Below, piece by piece: positions 1 through 15,110 of a stretch of DNA of 64,000 nucleotides (within the stretch, counting starts at the first letter, position 1; every line of letters begins with the position of its first letter). Where the stretch lies: the NCBI GenBank assembly GCA_951406725.2, contig OX597823.1, forward strand, positions 41,478,001 through 41,542,000. Direction: 5' to 3'. Source of the DNA: Octopus vulgaris (Eukaryota). A model generated the notes under the pieces. The model was not told the origin of the DNA. It worked only from the letters and a program-made list of their open reading frames with translations, and searched no databases. The position numbers were made by a program, and so were the translations under genes.

Positions 1-217
1 TCTCACACACAGACACACGCATACATAAGCATGCATACATACATAAATATGTGTGTGTATGTGTGTGTGTGTTTGTATACACATGCACATATTTAGGGAA
101 AAAAAACTTTTCCTTCCATATAGGGAAATTTGTTTGGGGATTGAAAATATGCTTGGGTTTTAAAATGAATTTTAGTTCCTTTTAATATTTTTTCCACTTT
201 ATGTGTGTATATAAATA

Positions 218-365
218 GGCATGGCTGTGTGGTTAGATGTTTTCTTCTCAATTTCGTGGTTCCAGGTTCAATCCCACTTTGAGCAAATGTCTACTATTGC
301 CACAGTCCAACTAAACCCTTGTGAGTGGATTTGGTAGACTGAAACTGAAAGAAGCCCACTGTATG
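218..365 (+). mobile_element. SINE family A head fragment (others at about 8800-8910 -, 10891-11070 +, 32835-32970 -, 47243-47402 +, 61745-61905 +; tails at 13215-13640 + and 61955-62145 -)
   Basis: ggcatggctgtgtggtt...ggttcaatcccact...gtgagtggatttggtagac...gaaactgaaagaagccc. Confidence 0.75.
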
Positions 366-369
366 TGTG

Positions 370-400
<31 letters not shown>

Positions 401-910
401 CATCATCATCATAATTGTTTAATGTCTGCCTTCCATGCTGACGTGATTGGATGGTTTGACAGGAACCATTCAGCTAGAAGACTACCCCAGGCAGCTGTGT
501 CAGTTTTGGCATGAGTTTTTACGGCTGCATGCTCTACCTAACACCACCCACCCAGCAGAGTGAACTGAGGGCTTTTAAAGTGGCACCAGCACAAGCTGTC
601 AACCAAAAATGCACCAAGTTACTTTCGCATTAATTTGTCATTAATGAATTGATATTCTCTATTTTAATATATATATCACCATCATCATCATCGTCATCAT
701 TTAATGTCTGTTTTCCATGCTGGCATGGGTTGGATGGTTTGACTGGGAACTGGCAAGCCAGGAGGCCACACCTGGCTCCTATCTGATCTGGCAATGTTTT
801 TATTGTTGGATGCCCTTCACAACACCAACCTCTCTGTAGTGTAGTGGGTGTTTTTTATATGTGCCACCAGCACAAGAGCCAGTCAGGTGACACTGGCATT
901 GGCCACATTC

Positions 911-963
<53 letters not shown>

Positions 964-964
<1 letters not shown>

Positions 965-1370
965 CTCTTTCTCTTTTACTTGTTTCAGTCATTTGACTGC
1001 GGCCGTGCTGGGGCACCGCCTTTAATCGAGCAACTCGACCCCGAGACTTATTCTTTTGTAAGCCCAGTACTTATTCTATCGGTCTCTTTTGCCGAACCGC
1101 TAAGTAACAGGGACATAAACACACCAGCATCGGTTGTCAAACAATGCTAGGGATACAAACACAGACACACAAACACACACACATACAAATATATATATAC
1201 ATATATATGACAGGTTTCTTTCAGTTTCCGTCTACCAAATCCACTCACAAGGCATTGGTCGGCCCGGGGCTATAGCAGAAGACACCTGCACAAGATGCCA
1301 CGCAGTGAGACTGAACCCGGAACCGTGTGGTTGGTAAGCAAGCTACTTACCACACAGCCACTCCTGCGCC
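964..1370 (-). mobile_element. Full-length young tRNA-derived SINE (family A)
   Basis: On the minus strand: head ggcgcaggagtggctgtgtggtaag...gggttcagtc (A/B-box-like), internal (TA)/(TG) microsatellite, tail ...cagtcaaatgactgaaacaagtaaaagag. CpGs retained, flanked by (TA)n, very similar to 29027-29432. Confidence 0.85.
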
Positions 1371-1404
<34 letters not shown>

Positions 1405-1631
1405 CATGCTTCAGCACAGTTCCCAGCTAAAAGAATTGTTCACAGGACTTTAGTTTTACTAGAACTACTTTAATAGACACTTCTTCAAATGCCATACAAC
1501 AGGTGAAACTGAAACTTCAGTGGCTGCTAACACTATAATCATGCAAATACACACACAAACACACGTATACGATTATCTTTTTTACATCCTCATCCTTCAT
1601 GCCTTCATAGGTCACGTATAAAATAAAGGTC

Positions 1632-1731
<100 letters not shown>

Positions 1732-2084
1732 TTTATTAAAAGAGCAGCAAAAATATCATAAAAACTGTTACTCAGAGCATATTACTCTACCTCTTGTACT
1801 GCTGTATATATATTAAATTGGTTTACTTTGCATGATAAGTACTAAGCAAACAATGAAGTAAATATTAACAGGTTAGGAATTTTGTTACTTCTCGATGTTT
1901 TAATGAAAATTGGGTGAGTGTTGTTGGCAAACAGGCTGATGACAATAAAATAGCATCTGTGTGTGTGTGTGTGTATGTGTGTGTGTTTGTGTGTGTGTGT
2001 GTGCATTCATATTTGCTTTTGTTAGAAGTATTATTCATTGTGAAATTGCAATGCATAACAAACATTATTAGATTATACTTGCTT

Positions 2085-2941
<857 letters not shown>

Positions 2942-3204
2942 TGAGAATAGTGAATGTAAGAATCAGATGTGAGCAAAGAAACATGCTTACACACAAAGAA
3001 ATAGAAATCTTAAAAAAACAAAATCAAATTAGGAAAGTGCTAATATAAACAAGTAAAAAAAAAAAAAATTGCTAGCAAAGATTATTGTGGAATTGTACAG
3101 GTCTGAGAGAAAGTTAATCAGAAAGCTTCTACTGAGACATGATAAGAGATTTTTGGGAAGCCTGCAGGCATTCTGATTAGAATCTCTTGTCAGCAAAATT
3201 AAAA

Positions 3205-3216
3205 TACTATCATTAT

Positions 3217-3306
<90 letters not shown>

Positions 3307-3314
3307 CACTACCA

Positions 3315-3375
<61 letters not shown>

Positions 3376-3399
3376 CACTACTACATTACTACTACTACT
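3205..3399. repeat. (CTA)n trinucleotide microsatellite with CCA interruptions
   Basis: Visible directly. Confidence 0.95.
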
Positions 3400-4177
3400 A
3401 GCAACAGCAGTGTGTATGTAAATTATGTGCATGTTGGTGTGAATATATAGTCATCATTATCCTAATTCAGTGTCCACTGTTCCATTTGGTTCACTGAAAT
3501 TTGCCAAAGCAGCTTTTTCTCTGATTGGTTGCCCTTCCTGGCACCAGACCTCACCTGTTTTCAAGCCTGTTTTCACATAGCTATACATGAAAGGAACAAC
3601 CTCACCTGTATGACAATGATGTTCATTTGCAACCACCCCATGATGTCAAGACAGGTGTACATTCTTTCCCTCCTGCTGTCACATCTTTGATAATTTGCTT
3701 GGTTCATGGGTGGGAGGGCTGAGTGGCTGTCTATGTCTGCTTGCAACTACATAGGCATCTAAAACAAGTAGCACAAAAGCTTGATATGTGCCACTATGTC
3801 ATATGCACATGCAAATGAAGAGGAATACGGTTTTATTGATTATATATTATACGCATAAAATTTTGTATTTTTATATCTATATTTCTGCCTATCTATCTCT
3901 CTGTATATTTGTGTGTGCATGTGAGTGTGTCCATACTTATGCACAGACACGCATATATGAATGATAGAAGATGGATTGAACAGTATGCATTTATTGCATT
4001 ACATTACAATTGTTGCAACATCCAGTCACCAGCAAAAACATTGCTGTGGCATTCTACATTACTGCATGTACTTTATATGCACTTTCTGACAAGTTGTGGT
4101 GCACCTGAGCACTGTATACAATAATTTCATTATATATAAAATATAAATTAACACATCGTGTCATTATTATTATTATA

Positions 4178-4575
4178 AAGCCAGTGAGCTGGTAGAATTG
4201 TTAGTATGCTGGACAAAATGCTTAGTAACATATCGTCTGTCTTTATGCTCTGAGTTCAAATCTTACTGAGGTCAAATTGAGTACCAGTGAAACACTGGAG
4301 TCAATGTAATCAATTTCCCCTTCCCACAAAATTTCAGGCCTTGTGCCTTTAGTAGAAAGGATTATTATTATTATTCCAAGGTGGTGGCCTTGATGAATTG
4401 TTAGCAGCATTTTGTCTATTTTTACATTCTGAGTTCAAATTCTGTTGAGGTCAGCTTTGCCTTTCATCTTTCAAGGTTGATAAATTAAGTACCAGTTAAA
4501 CACTGGGTTTGATGTAATCAACTTACCCACATCCACAAATTTTCTGGCCTTGTGCCAAAATTTGAAATCATTATT
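4178..4575 (+). mobile_element. Two head-to-tail SINE family B copies separated by (ATT)n (similar pair at about 8316-8775; single decayed copies at about 9755-9890 and 10668-10860)
   Basis: Repeated gagctgg..gaat.gttag / ctgagttcaaat / agtaccag / ggccttgtgcc motifs. Confidence 0.75.
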
Positions 4576-5489
4576 CCAGCAACACAGGTGAATTTTGTCT
4601 CTTCAGGTGAGAAGGCAAAAAGGAGTTTGTGTTAATTTGTATTTTATATAATACTTGTACAATGTTTCTGCTGGTGAATCAATGTTGAAAGAATTGTAGT
4701 GTTATGTTATAAAGAGTGTAGCTCAATCCATTTTCTCTTATTCATATTTTTGTATAATCTCTACAGGTATTATGGAATTCCAGATGCATATCCAGTAATA
4801 TGATTTATCTCACTGTATGATAGCATTTGATAGCCAATACCTATAGATGAACTTAGTAAAGCAAGCTACAAGACAAACTTCACACACATACACACATACT
4901 TAGATGTATGTATATATGTATTTGTATGTATCTATGTATTTGTACGTGCTATGTATTTACATGCAAATATGTATCTCAAAATAGCATTTACTTGAAATGA
5001 TACATTTTAATGTGTATATTTGTAAAAAGATGCATTAGCATATACAAAAACCATTGATAACGTACATGATTCCTTGTTCTTATATTCTGTCTCTCACATT
5101 CTCTGCCCACCCCACAAAATTATTTTGGACAATTTATCTTGCATTCCTCTGACAAGCTGCTTCCTGAATGTATATTTTTATATTTTAGCTAATCAGCCTT
5201 ATCTCCTGTATATGTGATATTTTTCAAGGTGACAGCTATGGGCATGTAGAAACATAGCTGATATAACTCTAAGAAAGTAATGAAAAGTTATGAGAGTATA
5301 AAACTCTTAAAAACTAAGAAGCTCAAAAAATGGTTTTGAAAGCTTAATCCAGTTAGAAAACTTTTCCTATATAGTCAGTCTTTCTGCTGGAAATAACAGT
5401 GAAATCTTTATTAAATCATAGTTTCAGCATATTAGATAATGTCGTTCTAGAATTCTATGTTTGGAAAACATGTTTGGCAATGGCAAGAA

Positions 5490-5826
5490 CAGGGGTTCTC
5501 AACCATTTTTTATCTATGGATCCCTTTGATTACTATTTTATTCTGGTGGATCCCCATAGATATTCAGTGTTTGAAAACTAGTTTTTTAGAATCTTCTTTC
5601 AAAGTGCCTGTTTTGTTTTTCCCATATTAACTTGTGTAGGTTAAACTATGTAAAATGTTAGAAAAATAATCCTAACTGTTTTTGCAATGAATGCATTTAA
5701 AGCAAAAGTATTTTGGGAATCCTTAAAATACTTTTGTAGGTCTCCAATTTACTATTTTGTTGCATGGACCCCCAAAAGTATTGTATGGACCCTCAGGGCC
5801 ATATAGATTGCTGTTGAGAATCACAG
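5490..5826. mobile_element. hAT (Charlie-like) MITE, decayed
   Basis: TIR caggggttctcaac / gttgagaatcacag (11/14). 8-bp flanks ggcaagaa / aactagaa. Internal repeated tgga(t/c)ccc motifs. Confidence 0.6.
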
Positions 5827-6155
5827 AACTAGAACATCATTGACCATTGGTTAGTGTATTTAGGCCTGACTTTGAACTATGTGTGTGACCCCATCAAACC
5901 TTCCTTACCTCTCATCTTCCCAACAGCCATCACTCCTGCACTCTTCTGACAGAATTATTTCCTTTTCCCTTACAACGTTTCTAAACACTTTTCATTTTGT
6001 CTCATTCTCTATTGCTTGTTTTCTTATTTTTATTTCCTCATTGAATAGCCCTGTTATATGTATCTGAACCATGCCAGATTGTGCATGGTACACTGTACCA
6101 GCCAACCTGAATACTGCATGAGTTGAAGCAGCTCCCCCCATGCTTCATGTATTCA

Positions 6156-6208
<53 letters not shown>

Positions 6209-6777
6209 AACCCATGCTAGCATGGAAAGCAGACGTTAAACGATGATGATGATGATGATGATATATATATAGTTGTATATTCTATTAAGAACGTAGTAGA
6301 GTACAGTATAAAGCTTGGCTACCTTCAGTTTACCCTGTGCTATCCAGTAGTAGCATTATATGTACTTCTAGGTTTGTGCATGGGCATCTGTCATGTGTGA
6401 AGAAATAAGAAATTAAATACCAATCCCTTTAAAATGGCAACTGCTTTAACAGTACCAGAATCACCGTTCCACTACATCTACACATTCAAAGCAGTTTGTC
6501 AATGGCCCTTCAGCAACAACACACTCTGAAAAGCTCAGAGATTCTACTAAATTCAGGTCATGACAGACAGACAAGAAGTTCTTGAAGCCAAGGATTTTAA
6601 ACTTATAGAAACAATATTTACATATCACCTGAGGAAATAAAACTATATATCATAATGTAGGGAAATAGTTGCATAATTAAGTAACTGCACACTTGGAGAG
6701 CTGCGTTGCATGGAAACAATGGTAGTGATTAAAATATCCCTTCTTGTTGACTCCAATTTTTTCAATTATTCATACAT

Positions 6778-6816
<39 letters not shown>

Positions 6817-7653
6817 CTACACACATAAAGATAGATAGAGAGGATGGATGGATGGATAGATGCATGTGTATGAATGTAATTTTCACTTATTAATGAATAT
6901 AATAAGAGATTAATGTAATTAGAAACCTCAGATATATATCAGAGGAATGAAAATTTGTTGCACTCATGCTTTTTTCTTTCCTGTACTACTTACGCATTTG
7001 GAATAATTCATATTAAATCTTGAAAGCAAGGTGTGGCTAATTCTTCCAGGATATATGTATGTTAAAAAAAGAAATTAACTGACTCTAACAGTAAAGAAAT
7101 AATCATTATTGAAATTTAATAAATTCAATTTCATATAGATTGTTCAATAAATTTACTGAAAAATTATTTTATTGTTTAAATTTTAGAATCTGAAGTAATT
7201 TTCTCTAGTGAAATTTAAACTTCCTTTTGTCATCATCATCATTGTCACTATCTAATGTCCACTTTTCTATGATTCCTTGGGTCAAACAGATTTGTGGTGG
7301 TAGATTTTCTATGGCTAGATGCCCTTCCTGTTTCCAATCAAGGCATTATATCTTCATGGCCAAGCATGTTTTTCAAGGAATACTGGAAATGACTGGCCTT
7401 GCTTGTATGATGGTGATGTTTGTGTACAACAATCACATGATTTCTAGGCAAGAGTAAATGCACACATGAGCAAACACATACACACACACACACACACACA
7501 TACATACATACATACATATACATAGTAATGTAGCAGTGGTAGACTATATCAAAATATGTTTTTAATAGTGTAAACACTATATATATATAATGTATTGTAC
7601 ATATGCATATATATATATTTATAAGTATATATGTGTATATATATATGTATATA

Positions 7654-7704
<51 letters not shown>

Positions 7705-8746
7705 CCAAAAAGCGGAATAAGAACGTAATGTATGACAATGAAAACATGCACACAAATGGACAGGAAAATCCAGGGCGGAACATTTGTGGCTCTCTATTCA
7801 TCAGTCAAGCTTCCAATCATCATTACAGTTTCGGCCTGTTACACTTGAGACTGTTCAAAATTGGTAGGCCCCAAAGATCTAAGCTAAGAGCATTAAATTT
7901 TTGGAAGAAAGTGAGCAAATATGTACTACAACACAGACAAAAAATGGGAAATGTTACACGATTGTAAATACAAACAGCAAGAATAACAACATGTGTCTTT
8001 TGACTAGAAGGACAAGTTAAGTTAAGCCGGTATGTGAAGTGGAAGCCTTGGAGCAACAGACATAGATGAAAGCCAGGAGACAGAGAAAAATAAGGTGTTG
8101 TGCGAGTGGCGGTCAGGCCAAGAAAAAAGATCATGCTTGTCCAAACACTAGTCATGTGGGAAGAACTGAGAGTGGTAGGGAGCAGAAGGAAGGAAGTAAA
8201 TATATGTATACATGTATATTCCATATATTTAAATGTATGTGAGCATCAATGAAGAAAATAATAATGATGATGACAATGATTATTGTTATTATTATTATTG
8301 TTATTATTATTATTATGGCAGCAAGATAGCAAAATCATTAGCTTGCTGGGTGAAATGCTTCATGGTGTTTCATCCATCTTTATGGCCAAGGTCGACTTTG
8401 CCTTCCATCTTTTGAGGGTCGATAAATTAAGTACCAATGAAACACTGGGGTCAATGTAATCGACTAGTCTCCTCCTCCTCCCAAATTTCAGACCTTGTGC
8501 CTTTAGTATAAAGGGTTAATATCATTGTTATCGGTATCATTGCAATGAGCTTGCAAAGTCATTTGCCAAACAAAATTGCTTTGAGATATTTCTTCCTGCT
8601 CTTTCCATTCTGTGCTTCAATAACACAAGCTCAGATTTGTCTTGTCACCTTTTCAGGGTCAATAAGATAAGGAACATCAACAGGGGTTGATGTAATTGAC
8701 AACCACTTCCCCCAGAATTTCAAGCCTTGTGCCTATAGTAGAAAGG

Positions 8747-8782
<36 letters not shown>

Positions 8783-10057
8783 TATACCCACCCACCCACA
8801 GCAGGTGCCTTTCAGTTTTTATCTACCAAATCCATTCTCAAGTCTTTGGTCAGCTAGAGGTTATTGGAAGTCATTGTGCCAAGGTGCCACACAAAGTAAC
8901 TGAACTCAAAAACCCCGAGTGTATTTATTCATATAAATATGTATATACCTATTTATATATATATATATGTGTATATGTGAATATATATATATATATACAT
9001 ATACACTCTCATACACACAATCGCTACTGATGTAATAGCTGAAATGTAAGGTAGTTATTTTCTTTTACACTTAGTGTAGCTACTTTAGATTAAATATTAA
9101 GTTACATTACCAAATAATGGTTTTGGTTATTTGATACCAATTGAACTGTATGTTTCTGATTAGCTATTTCTTAGCTAAGTGCATACCATTCATGCTTCAC
9201 TCAATAACAGCTATAATCAAACATATGTGTCTATATTTGTGTGTGGGTCTATCTATGTGCACCTGTCTATCCATATGTGTATGTGTACATGTGAATATAT
9301 GTCTGTCATGCAAGCATTTATACATCATTATTTAAATATGTGTAGATATTAAAACACCAAGCTTCACAGACAGAACGGCACATAATCAAGTTGGCTGAAC
9401 ACAGAGTGCTGTGTTGTAGAACCATCAAACATAATACAAACATGAAAAAAGCTGATAATATTAATATGATAGAAATATTACAATGTGTGAGTGTGTGGCT
9501 GTTTTGTAAGTGTATATGGGACACACCTTTAAATACGTTTATTTTATTCATCCCTGTAATGACTACTTCAAAGTAGTAGAATGTTATTTAGGGTTCTATT
9601 GATGGTCTTTATGAACCACTACTGTTGTGTTATCCAATTGTAACTTCTATTCTTCATTGCTAAACTCACAGGAATGACATAAGTTGGAAAGTTTCAACAA
9701 CTGCCAGTGAAACATTTAAGAGTTATTATATATTTCATATTACAGGATATATGAAAGCAGTGAGTTGGGGAATTGTTCATGTGTTGCACAAAATCCTTTG
9801 CGGAATTTTCTTGTGGCTCTTCATGCTCTGAGCTCAAATCTTGTCAGGGTGAACTTTGCTTTCCATCCATTAAGAGTTGAAAATAAATGAGGGAACTGAC
9901 TTGGGATTCATCTTTACCATAAAGTTTGAAGCAATCCATGAATAACAAGTGGTTGACATTTTGTTGGCAGCTCTTGAATACTTACCCAGCCTTTACTCTC
10001 CTCAGAATCAGTGTTAGTGGTAACATGCACAGTACAAAGATAATTGTTATTGTTATT

Positions 10058-10611
10058 GAATGAGAGAGCAGTGCATGCCATCAAAGTGAAACTGGGGTAA
10101 AATATATGAAGCCCAGTATACCCGTCATGACTACCCATACGATAAGGGCACACTTGGCACATGCATCACAACCATATTTGAGCGACATGGTGATCTCATA
10201 TCAAGATAAACAGCATATGACCGTGTAGGTGGGCCCAGTTAGAATTTTCTTCTGGACGAGTAGCCCATCCTGCTCAAAAGGTCCCTGAATAAGAGTTGTT
10301 TAAGCATGTTGAACGAAACACCCATGTTTCCAGAGGTGAATTATTCAAACCCCAAAGAATCCCTCTCAACACATGGCTATGATGCTCCTCCACTATTTCT
10401 GCTCATGATCAGAGATGCATATATCGTTAGTCACTAAGGGACATAGTCAACTGGTTATGGTCAAACAACTGACAAGCAAATCTGTGGTATTGAGCAGATT
10501 ATTTGCTGTAGCCCATCTTTTATACGAAGACAAAACAATGTACATGATAACACTTCCAATCAATTAAGATCAGAAGCCACGAGAGCCACTGCCTGGTACT
10601 GCATCAGGGCA
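10058..10611. mobile_element. Family D: about 550-bp non-coding interspersed element flanked by (ATT)n
   Basis: Collinear copies at 49322-49860, 48487-48798 (partial) and 53135-53415 (partial). No TIR, tRNA head or recognisable protein motif seen. Confidence 0.8.
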
Positions 10612-10654
<43 letters not shown>

Positions 10655-11639
10655 GTTATTATTACGCAAGGTTAGTGGATTACCAGAATTGTTGGTTCAT
10701 GAAACCAAATGCTTAGTGGTATTTCTTCTGGCTCTTTATCTTCTAAGATCATATCTGATCTACATCACCTTTGCTTTTCCTCTTATCATTGAAGTACCAG
10801 CCAAATTCAGTTCAATATCATTGTACCAAAACTTGTGACCTTTTGCCAAAACTTGTAACAAATATTATACATAATATAATATACATAAGCACAGGCATGG
10901 CTGTGTGGTTAAGAAACCCACTTTGCAGCCATTAACCATTTGGATTTGGTTCTGGTGTGCAGTACCTTGAGTAAGTGTTGTTGTATACTACAACTTCTGA
11001 CTGACCAAATTCCCTTATATAAGGGAATTTGGTAGATCGAAACTGCAAAAGATTTATCGTATGTTTGTGTGAGACTGAATGAAAATGTACAGAATGTTTG
11101 TTTTTATATTCCATGTTTATTGCTACATGTGCAAAGTGATATTAATGTTCAGATTCTTTGTTCACCTTAAGATTAATCACACTGTACTTTTGAAGTCATA
11201 TGGAATAAAGAAACCCCATCTTAAAAAATACGTAAGGATTGGCTTTTGGAAAAGTGTTCAACTGTAAATATCCAGCTTCAAATAACTCTCCATCAAACCT
11301 CATGCAAGCATAGAAAAGCTGATGTTAAATGAATAAACATATTTATCACTATTTAACAGTAAAGCTTCTTTTCTATTAAGATATGTTAATTACAGCAGCA
11401 AACAGAGAACTGATAATAGACCTGAACATAAATGGGAACATTGAAATACCAATGGAAACTCCCTAAAATTCTTGCACATCGAATTTGGGAAACATTACAC
11501 AAACGTTCTATATAACTGCCTCTACTGTTGATTCGATGAGTTAACAAAACTTAGATATACAGTCAAATTCAAACATACTCATGCATTAACAATCTATCCA
11601 TCCATCTTCTCCAGTTAGTATTTCTGAGAAGGTTGTAGT

Positions 11640-12006
11640 GGTAGAGTCCTCAGGCACCTTCTCCATAGGGTCCCAACCATCGTTAGATTCTCTGGCTAGA
11701 TTCCCAAGCATGATCAACTGAGACTATAGATATTATCCAACTATCTTGTTTTTGGTCTACCTCTAGGTCTCCTGCCAATTGAAGAAAGCATCTTGGAATT
11801 TTTTCCTGCAGCATTCTTATCACATGTTTCTAGTACTGGAGCTATGACACCTCAGTGTGGAGAGGTAATGGAGGGATTCCCTGATCTCTGAGCTATGCAC
11901 CCTGTTGCATAACATTGTTCCAGAGATCCCTCAGAGGACCCCCATTTTGGTTGCTTGTATTTATGATAGTACTCTTTCAGTCATTTCCCAACTTTTGTGA
12001 CCATAG
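11640..12006 (-). mobile_element. Decayed RTE-clade (Expander/Rex3-like) LINE fragment
   Basis: Minus strand YGHKSWEMTERVLS*IQATKMGVL*GISG...RVHSSEIRESL...HVIRM...GRRPRGRPKTR*LD. Confidence 0.7.
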
Positions 12007-12594
12007 ATTGTACACTACATACTTAAAAAACACACATGTACTATGTATAGTTTAATTACCAAGTGTATATTATCGACTCTGGTTTAGGTGTACATATAGC
12101 TTTTGCCAAAATTGCAGTTTAATGACTTCATTACAAAAGAGCTGATGGAAGATTATACAGGTGATGTATAAAAATCATAGAAAATTATATAAAAAATTCT
12201 ACTACAGACATACAATAACCAAAAGAGAAAATTATATAAATAACAATTAAACTAATGGGACAAACAACAAGAGAAATTAAATATGAATAAATAAACAATT
12301 AGTCACAAACAACAAAAATTATTACAAAAACACATGATTAAAACATCAATAAAATGTAACAAATTGAAATAACAACAATAACAAAATCATGAGATAAGAG
12401 GAAAACAAACATTGAAGTAATAATATAAATAATAATAATAAATATTTATAATAAATCAAAATATAAACAAAAATAAAATAAAGTGAAATTCTTCTATAAT
12501 TTACCAACAAAAGAACTATAAAAATAACATGAAATAAAGATTAAAATTTAGTTTATTCTGTGAAAAATAATAAAAAGAGCAACAAGGAGTAATA

Positions 12595-13100
12595 ACACAA
12601 AAGAAGACCTGATAATGTTGCAAGAATGATTCATTGGGAGGCGTGTAGCAAGTATGGAATGGATAGAGCAAAGATTTGGTATGAAATAGTAATTGAGACC
12701 ATCAAGTTAATGTAGGATGTTATGATGCAATGTGATCATGAGATTGAAAATTGAAAGCCGGATATAGTGGTTGTGTGAACAAAGATGGAAAAAGCCTGTT
12801 TAATCATAGATATCGGTTTCAAATTTTGGCACAACGCCAGCAATTTCAAGGAGTGGTGTAAGTAGATTTCATTGACCTCAATGCTCAACTGGGGCTTATT
12901 ATATCAACCCAGAAAAGATGAAAGGCAAAGTTGACTTCAGAGCAGTTTGAACTTGAAATACTGCCAAGCATTTTGTCTGGTATGCTATCAACCTTTGTTT
13001 AATCATAGATATTGCATGCCCTAGTGATGACAGAGTATTGGAAAGAGAAGAGAAGTGCGTTTTATGTAATGATTTGAAGTGGGATGTAAAAAGGACAAAT
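12595..13100 (+). mobile_element. Older, decayed R4/Dong-type RLE fragment (interrupted by a SINE)
   Basis: HKRRPDNVARMIHWEACSKYGMDRAKIWYE...MQCDHEIEN*KPDIVV...CLIIDI[SINE]ACPSDDRVLEREEK, homologous to 53892-54457. Confidence 0.75.
12814..12995 (-). mobile_element. SINE family B with 17-bp TSD, inserted in an R4/Dong-type LINE remnant
   Basis: tgtttaatcatagatat at 12797-12813 and 12996-13012. Confidence 0.8.
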
Positions 13101-13296
13101 AATACAAAGAATGACCCTTCATCAGCAGTTAGCCATCCATCCACTCTCCACTTCGAGCGAAAATGGTCATTATGATGATGATAAGATATATTAACATATA
13201 TATATATATATATGTGTGTGTGTTTGTGTTTGTCCACCGTCACTGCTTGACAGCAGTGTTGGTTTGTTTACATCTTTGTAATATGTAGTTCAGCAA

Positions 13297-13510
13297 AGGC
13301 AGTGAGCTGGCAGAAACATTAGCAGACGGGGCAAAATGCTAAGCGGTAGTTTGTCTGTCTTTACGTTCTGAGTTCAAATTCTGCCATGGTCGATTTTGCC
13401 TTTCACCCTTTCAGGAGGTGATAAATTAAGTACCAGTTGTGTACTGGGGTCAATCTAATCGACTGGCCTCCTCCCCAGAAATTTCAAGCCCTGTGCTTAG
13501 AGTAGAAAAG
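13297..13510 (+). mobile_element. SINE family B with about 19-bp TSD, inserted in a family A tail
   Basis: aatatgtagttcagcaaag at 13280-13298 and 13511-13529. Body ggcagtgagctggcagaa...gagttcaaattc...gcctttca...gataaattaagtaccag...agtagaaaag. Confidence 0.85.
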
Positions 13511-13701
13511 AATATGTAGTTCAGCAAAGAAGTACCAGGCTGAAAAAACAGAAAGTAGTGGGGTTGATTCATTTGATTAAAATTCTTTGAGGTGGTGCCG
13601 CGGCATGGCTATAGTCTGCTGATTGGGATAAATAAACGATTTTGGATAAGAGATATAACATACTTTTGTTCACTTGATATACCTAAACATCAACAACAAC
13701 G

Positions 13702-13734
<33 letters not shown>

Positions 13735-13852
13735 ATGAGAGGTAGAAAGATAAATCTATTGTGTGTGTGTGTGTAGAGCACTTCATGATATAAACAGATT
13801 AACATCTTGGGCATTCGTCTCTTGTTTATATTTTAATATCCATCTATCTATC

Positions 13853-13886
<34 letters not shown>

Positions 13887-13917
13887 GAATAGTTCTAAAT
13901 TTTATATATATACATAC

Positions 13918-13952
<35 letters not shown>

Positions 13953-14022
13953 TGTATGTATGTATGTATGTATGCATATCTATATATACAGAACAGTTCT
14001 AAATTATATACATACATATATA

Positions 14023-14063
<41 letters not shown>

Positions 14064-14512
14064 ATGTGTATAAAGAACAGTTCTAAATTTCAAAATATTT
14101 ATTTTCTTAATGGAATTATAGGTTGCCATTTTAAGGTGTGTTTGGGGAAAACATTATAGCTATTGTTTAATTTATTGTCACGTAAAAAGTATTCTTTATA
14201 TGGATTTTATCATGCTGGTTATAGATATATGAACTGATAACTGGAATTTCCTTTACACAGATTTTTGTAGTCTTTTGTCTTTGATTTATGTAACTGTATT
14301 TATATATCTTGTTGCAAAGAAATACATTGAATACAAAAATTTATCAAAATGTTCATTAGAATTTGTTGCAACAAGAAAAGTCAAAGATTTTACTGAATTA
14401 AGTCATGTTTTTTTCTACATGGAAGGAGTTATGCGCAATACACCAATATTCTATTCATTAGGCTTTTTCTTTCTGATTCATGTAACAGAAATCAGTCATA
14501 TGCACTGTGAAA

Positions 14513-14543
<31 letters not shown>

Positions 14544-14691
14544 ATATATATATATATATATATATATCTTTGAAGGGTGACAGTGACTTCTAAGCTTTGG
14601 CCTGCTACTCTGCAAAAATAAGTAATGATTCAGTTTAATGTTAAATTGTTCTTATTGTAACTTGACGTAAAAGCAAGCATACATACATAGA

Positions 14692-14725
<34 letters not shown>

Positions 14726-14728
<3 letters not shown>

Positions 14729-15110
14729 ATGCAAGTATGGCAGTGTTGTAAAAAGCATGGTTCTTGACCACATGGTTCCAGGTGCCGTCCCACTGCATAG
14801 CATCTTGGGAAAGTGTCTTCTGCTATAGTCTCGGGCCAACCAAAGTCTTGTGAGTGGATTTGATAGACAGAAACTGCAAGAAGCATGTCATGTATATATC
14901 ATCATCATCATTTAACGTCCGCTTTCCATGCTAGCATGGGTGTCTTTTTGTCTGTATTTGTCCCACTATCACCACTTGACCACCAGTGTTGATATGTTTA
15001 CATCCGTGTACTAAGCTTAAGAAATAGGTCCTGGGGTCAATTTGTTTGACTAAAACATTTAAAGGCAGTGCTCCAGCATGGCCACAGTCAAATGACTGAA
15101 ACAAGATAAG
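14726..15110 (+). mobile_element. SINE family A with a family C stub (about 14899-14941) in its internal microsatellite
   Basis: Head, gtgagtggatttg core and ggcagtgctccagcatggccacagtcaaatgactgaaacaag tail. Confidence 0.75.

Noticed and set aside
4767-4803. Acceptor-like ctctacAG followed by ATG
   Set aside because: Early stops in the frames examined and no convincing donor; could only be a non-coding exon, which is unsupported.
7770-7840. Minus-strand CUGAUGA and a separate CCGAAAC suggesting another hammerhead
   Set aside because: The order and helix pairing do not form a hammerhead in this copy.
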